Positions 60,331 through 64,000 of a stretch of DNA of 64,000 nt are shown one piece after another (the stretch's first letter is position 1; each line of letters begins with the position of its first letter). Below the pieces are notes generated by a model that was given only the letters and a program-made list of their open reading frames with translations, made no database searches and had not been told where the DNA came from. The DNA is taken from assembly GCA_964252035.1 (NCBI GenBank), contig CAXUOO010000219.1; one strand, 5' to 3'. The position numbers were made by a program, and so were the translations under genes. The stretch comes from Podarcis erhardii. Lineage: Eukaryota.

Positions 60331-60525
60331 ACAGCGATGCTGACGTTGCTCAACCTCGTTGTGACAGCGCTGCTTACAGTATCTGCGGCACCTTCATCTT
60401 CATCAGCCACAGCATTAGAAGAAAAGAATCAACGAGAACAATTGCTTGCTCCACTTGTTCAGGCAGTTGTACAGCAAGCGCACCTCCACGAAGCGCGAGC
60501 ACAGGCTATCACGACGGCGGCAGTG
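60331..60525 (+). CDS. Probable downstream exon, most likely of PAT1
   Basis: Segment bounded by tctacag| and |gtaagg, reading TAMLTLLNLVVTALL..REQLLAPLVQAVVQQAH (amphipathic helical). Linkage to PAT1 is inferred from strand and position only, and boundaries are approximate. Confidence 0.35.
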
Positions 60526-63500
60526 TAAGGGTGGTCTGGCGTGGATGCTGATTCTAGTGCTGTGTTTCCATCCAAACCTTTTCGATCTTCTGTGCTGCTT
60601 AGTACTGATTTCGTTATGCATCGGCGTATATCTGCTTGTATCTGCTTCTTTTTGTTCGCCTGACTAACTGCGGCTGTCAAAGCCTCAGCTTGTTGAGCCT
60701 GAGCAGAACGCGGGCGTAGAAGTTTCTTCCATGCTGTTCGCCCAGCACGATCTATATATCCGTTGTGTGCTTATATATTTGGGTGTATGACATATAGACA
60801 CCTAGATATTCGTATATGTATTATTGTGCTTATGTACTAGGTTGTACACACATTCAGAAGAAATTTCTGTTTCTTCTCTTGCATCTTGTCACAATCCTAT
60901 TTCTGACAGAGCGTAACTGAATGTCTCCGCAAAACAAGTGGAACCGCATATGTTAATTTTCCATTGCTCTTTTTAAGAATGGGATCAATGAAACACCGCA
61001 TGAAAGCGTCGCTACTGCGCATGTAACACTGAATTCTGTTTACCTACACCTTATCCTAGTCATTTGTAGACCCTCATCATCATTATCGTTCCCGAACGCT
61101 TTTTCGGTCTACATTATAAACCAACTGCAGACCAATGCGATTTGCGTTGGTGCTGTCGTTGCTCTTGCAGAGACCTTTTGGGTTTGGAAGGGGCACAAAC
61201 AGCCCTTGTGTCATTCTTGCAAGAACGGTCTGTTCAAGACTGCTAAAGTTTATTCCTGCTAGAGCAGCCACTTGCTCTGATTGCCCGTTTTTTACTCGAC
61301 ATCTCGCGTACACCCGCTATCACAGTCGGTGTGTTTACCACTGCTGCTGCTGCTTTTCCAACAGCAAAGCATATAACGCAAGACGAACATGCTGAAGATT
61401 CTTGCATTTTAATACCGATCTCCATTGCCGTGTAATTCGCTGCAGACGGAGCGGTTGTTTACCTTGTTTTCTTGTATGATGTACGACCATTTCAATACGC
61501 ATTTTAGCTCTATACATTCGAATATACGTATATATATACATATATATATATTTATATATATAGATATATGTACAATCTGAATGTGCAGTAGAACTCTTGT
61601 TTTTCTCTTTCCGTATCTGTCCGATACGCTTGCTTATAGTGTGGCTAGTAAATTCTATGTTCATGAGGAAGGACGGATGAATCCGTTTTTCTTATTTCTC
61701 TTCACTTGATCAATGTGTACGTATGCGTGTGCATTCGAATGGTGCGAAATTTTATTTTTTTCGGTTGTTCTATTATTGTGGTTGAGACTGATTCAACACG
61801 TGCATAAAGATCTTGTATACATACGCGCGTATAATACTGTACACAACTGCTCGTGTATACGCACATGCGTCTACGTATATGTATATATATATATACATAT
61901 ATAAACAAGGGCTTACATGGTGTCAGCATCTTATTAGGAATAAACATATTCGATGATAATTATAAATTCAGCATCCCGTGTACTCTGCTCGTCACGCCCT
62001 CGCTTCCATAATATGATCTTGAGGGATTACTTAATGACTACGGTAGACATATATGTAATTATATACATATACATAATCATTTTCCAAGAAATGAGACATT
62101 ATGAGGTTTATGACCGCAGCTACCGCTATACGTAATGGCACTGAAGTGATGTAGTTTGAAGAAAAGACAAAATCTGAACTCGTACGGGTTACTGTTACAG
62201 AAGCAGAGTATTTGCAACAATTGTTCAGTAATACTGTATGATGTTCTACCGGCAAAGCAATTGCAGCTAAAAAATACTTGTAGACAACATGGATGGATGT
62301 ATGTTTTTTCAACGTGCATTTACTTACTGTGCAAGTGCTGTGGTGAATGACATATGTTGCAGAAGACAATACTGCAGACACATCGTGTCTGTGCTTTTGT
62401 GCTGTGAGGTTTTCGAGTCTTACTTCGTCTTATCCAACAATATTTGCGTTCATAGCTTCAATACCATGCCCCGCAACGACCTTGTTTTTCTTTAAAAATA
62501 AAAGACTATAAGCCTTTCCATCTTATTGCACAGGTTCCTCCCTTTGTATTCAATTTCCATGCGCGCCCGATCGCAAGCAATGTGCAGACCTCATTCTTCA
62601 CCTCCATTTGTCATAGCTGAATATGACTACACAGAGCAAAACGATGAACAGTACTTCCAGAATATGCAGTGTCGTTGACTTTACAGTATGCCGCGTACAT
62701 CACGCGTACATTATTTTATAAAGCAGAATATCATGTATACCGCTACCACTGCCTTTTGGAAGCTACAGTTGCTGGGAACGTTAAACGCTAACAAATGGAC
62801 AATATGAGGGAGGAGTCGGAAGGGTTCTAGCCATGATGTTTGGAGCGGCACTGTATCTGTGTCCAGCCAATTACAGTCTCGCTGGTACAGCTGTCATAGA
62901 GATTGCAGCGTCGCAGCTCGGTGGATGCGCTGGCGTAGTGTCGTTTACGCGTTACTACGATTTTTTTCCGAGGGATGCAGAAAAAAGAAAAGGAGTTTTT
63001 TACGGAAAGCATAACGAATAGTGCGGTATTTTGGCAAACTGCATGCACCATTTTCTGTATTAATTCAATGCGCAGGGAATACAGACAGAGGACGATGGAT
63101 TCAAAGCAGAAAGAAAAAGAACAGGAAGTAGGAGAAGTAGAGCTATAAAGTCCGAATAGCAGAAGTAGAATGCAACTGAAGGCTGAAGACATAGTAAGGG
63201 AAGGCGGTTTTCACAAAAAGGCTTTCTTTTTCCCCCGTGCAGACTAACAAAAAAAAAAAAAATTTACATCGCTGAAAACGAGTATGTACACGCAGGACGG
63301 AACCATGAAGGGTCGGTACCAAAGAGTAGATTTGTGTAGTAACGTGCTAAAGGCATCGAGAATACGCTAAATGGCCATAATAGACAACCTTGTATACAAT
63401 ATGTATATATGTAAATTTATATATATATATATATATATGTATATTTATATATATACTTACATAGTTTGTGTGAGACGCAGCTCATTTTCCTCCAGAATGA

Positions 63501-64000
63501 CGTTCGCAAGATTCAGTTTTCGCTCATATTTTGAAGCAGGAATCTCAGGTTATACTGATTTGGCGCTGCACACTTACGCGCAATCAAGCCTGAAACAAGA
63601 AGGCGGAGAAATTCTTTTTTTGCGAGCGAAATTTAGTGATGTTGAAGGAACTTTATTTTTTCTTTTTATATATATATATATATTAGTTTTCACAAAGCTG
63701 TATGATGGAAAAAAACTGCGCAGTTTGAGATTCGGGTCAAATTTTACATATATATATATATATATAGATATAGATATATATATATATGTTTATATGATAT
63801 TTATTTTCTTTTTGAAATTGTCACCATCACGAGCAGAACATTAGCTTCGATTGTCATGTCCTAAGCGTCCCCGCGCCATTGCTGCCAAATGCTGCCCATT
63901 TCGCGTTTTCAATTATTTCAGCTAGATTTCGTCAGGAGGCTTCTACCCTTAGCGAAACCGTTTAGCTTCGTTTGTAGCATTTTTCAAATTGGACCTCTCC

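Noticed and set aside
2188-63844. Short ORFs containing IYIYIY runs (e.g. 2188..2433, 16317..16760, 22951..23178, 63371..63844)
   Set aside because: They are translations of (TA)n microsatellites in non-coding DNA.
61000-64000. Possible exons of a further gene near the right edge (e.g. 62827..63192, ~63470-63610)
   Set aside because: Strand and frame are ambiguous and there is no recognisable motif.

Overview
Eukaryotic nuclear DNA, most likely from an eimeriid coccidian (Eimeria/Cyclospora-like). This is inferred from CAG/GCA-rich exons encoding poly-Q/A/S tracts, GT-AG introns and (TA)n microsatellites. From left to right the window holds: (i) two diverged direct copies of a >=6.5-kb block (1..~6510 and ~14290..~21125) carrying broken coding sequence on both strands; (ii) between them, an intronless orphan polytopic membrane-protein gene (10361..12592, minus); (iii) fragmentary low-complexity coding sequence at ~21300-25600; (iv) a 1547-codon low-complexity ORF (27135..31778, minus); (v) a multi-exon Unkempt-like gene with six CCCH-type zinc fingers (41901 down to 33395, minus), which may splice into that long ORF; (vi) a divergent many-exon gene of unknown product (~43700..50727, plus); (vii) a PAT1 mRNA-decapping scaffold gene (from 51147, plus), recognised by five family motifs in the expected order. 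Single-base indels break conserved motifs in both the zinc-finger and PAT1 genes, mostly at short homopolymers. Long-read assembly error is the simplest explanation, so ORF-track boundaries here are unreliable. The most unexplained signal is a 27/30-nt inverted repeat centred on an ATG at each end of the spacer between the two head-to-head genes. No rRNA, tRNA, CRISPR array or transposon domain was recognised. All splice models and family calls were made by eye without database searches.
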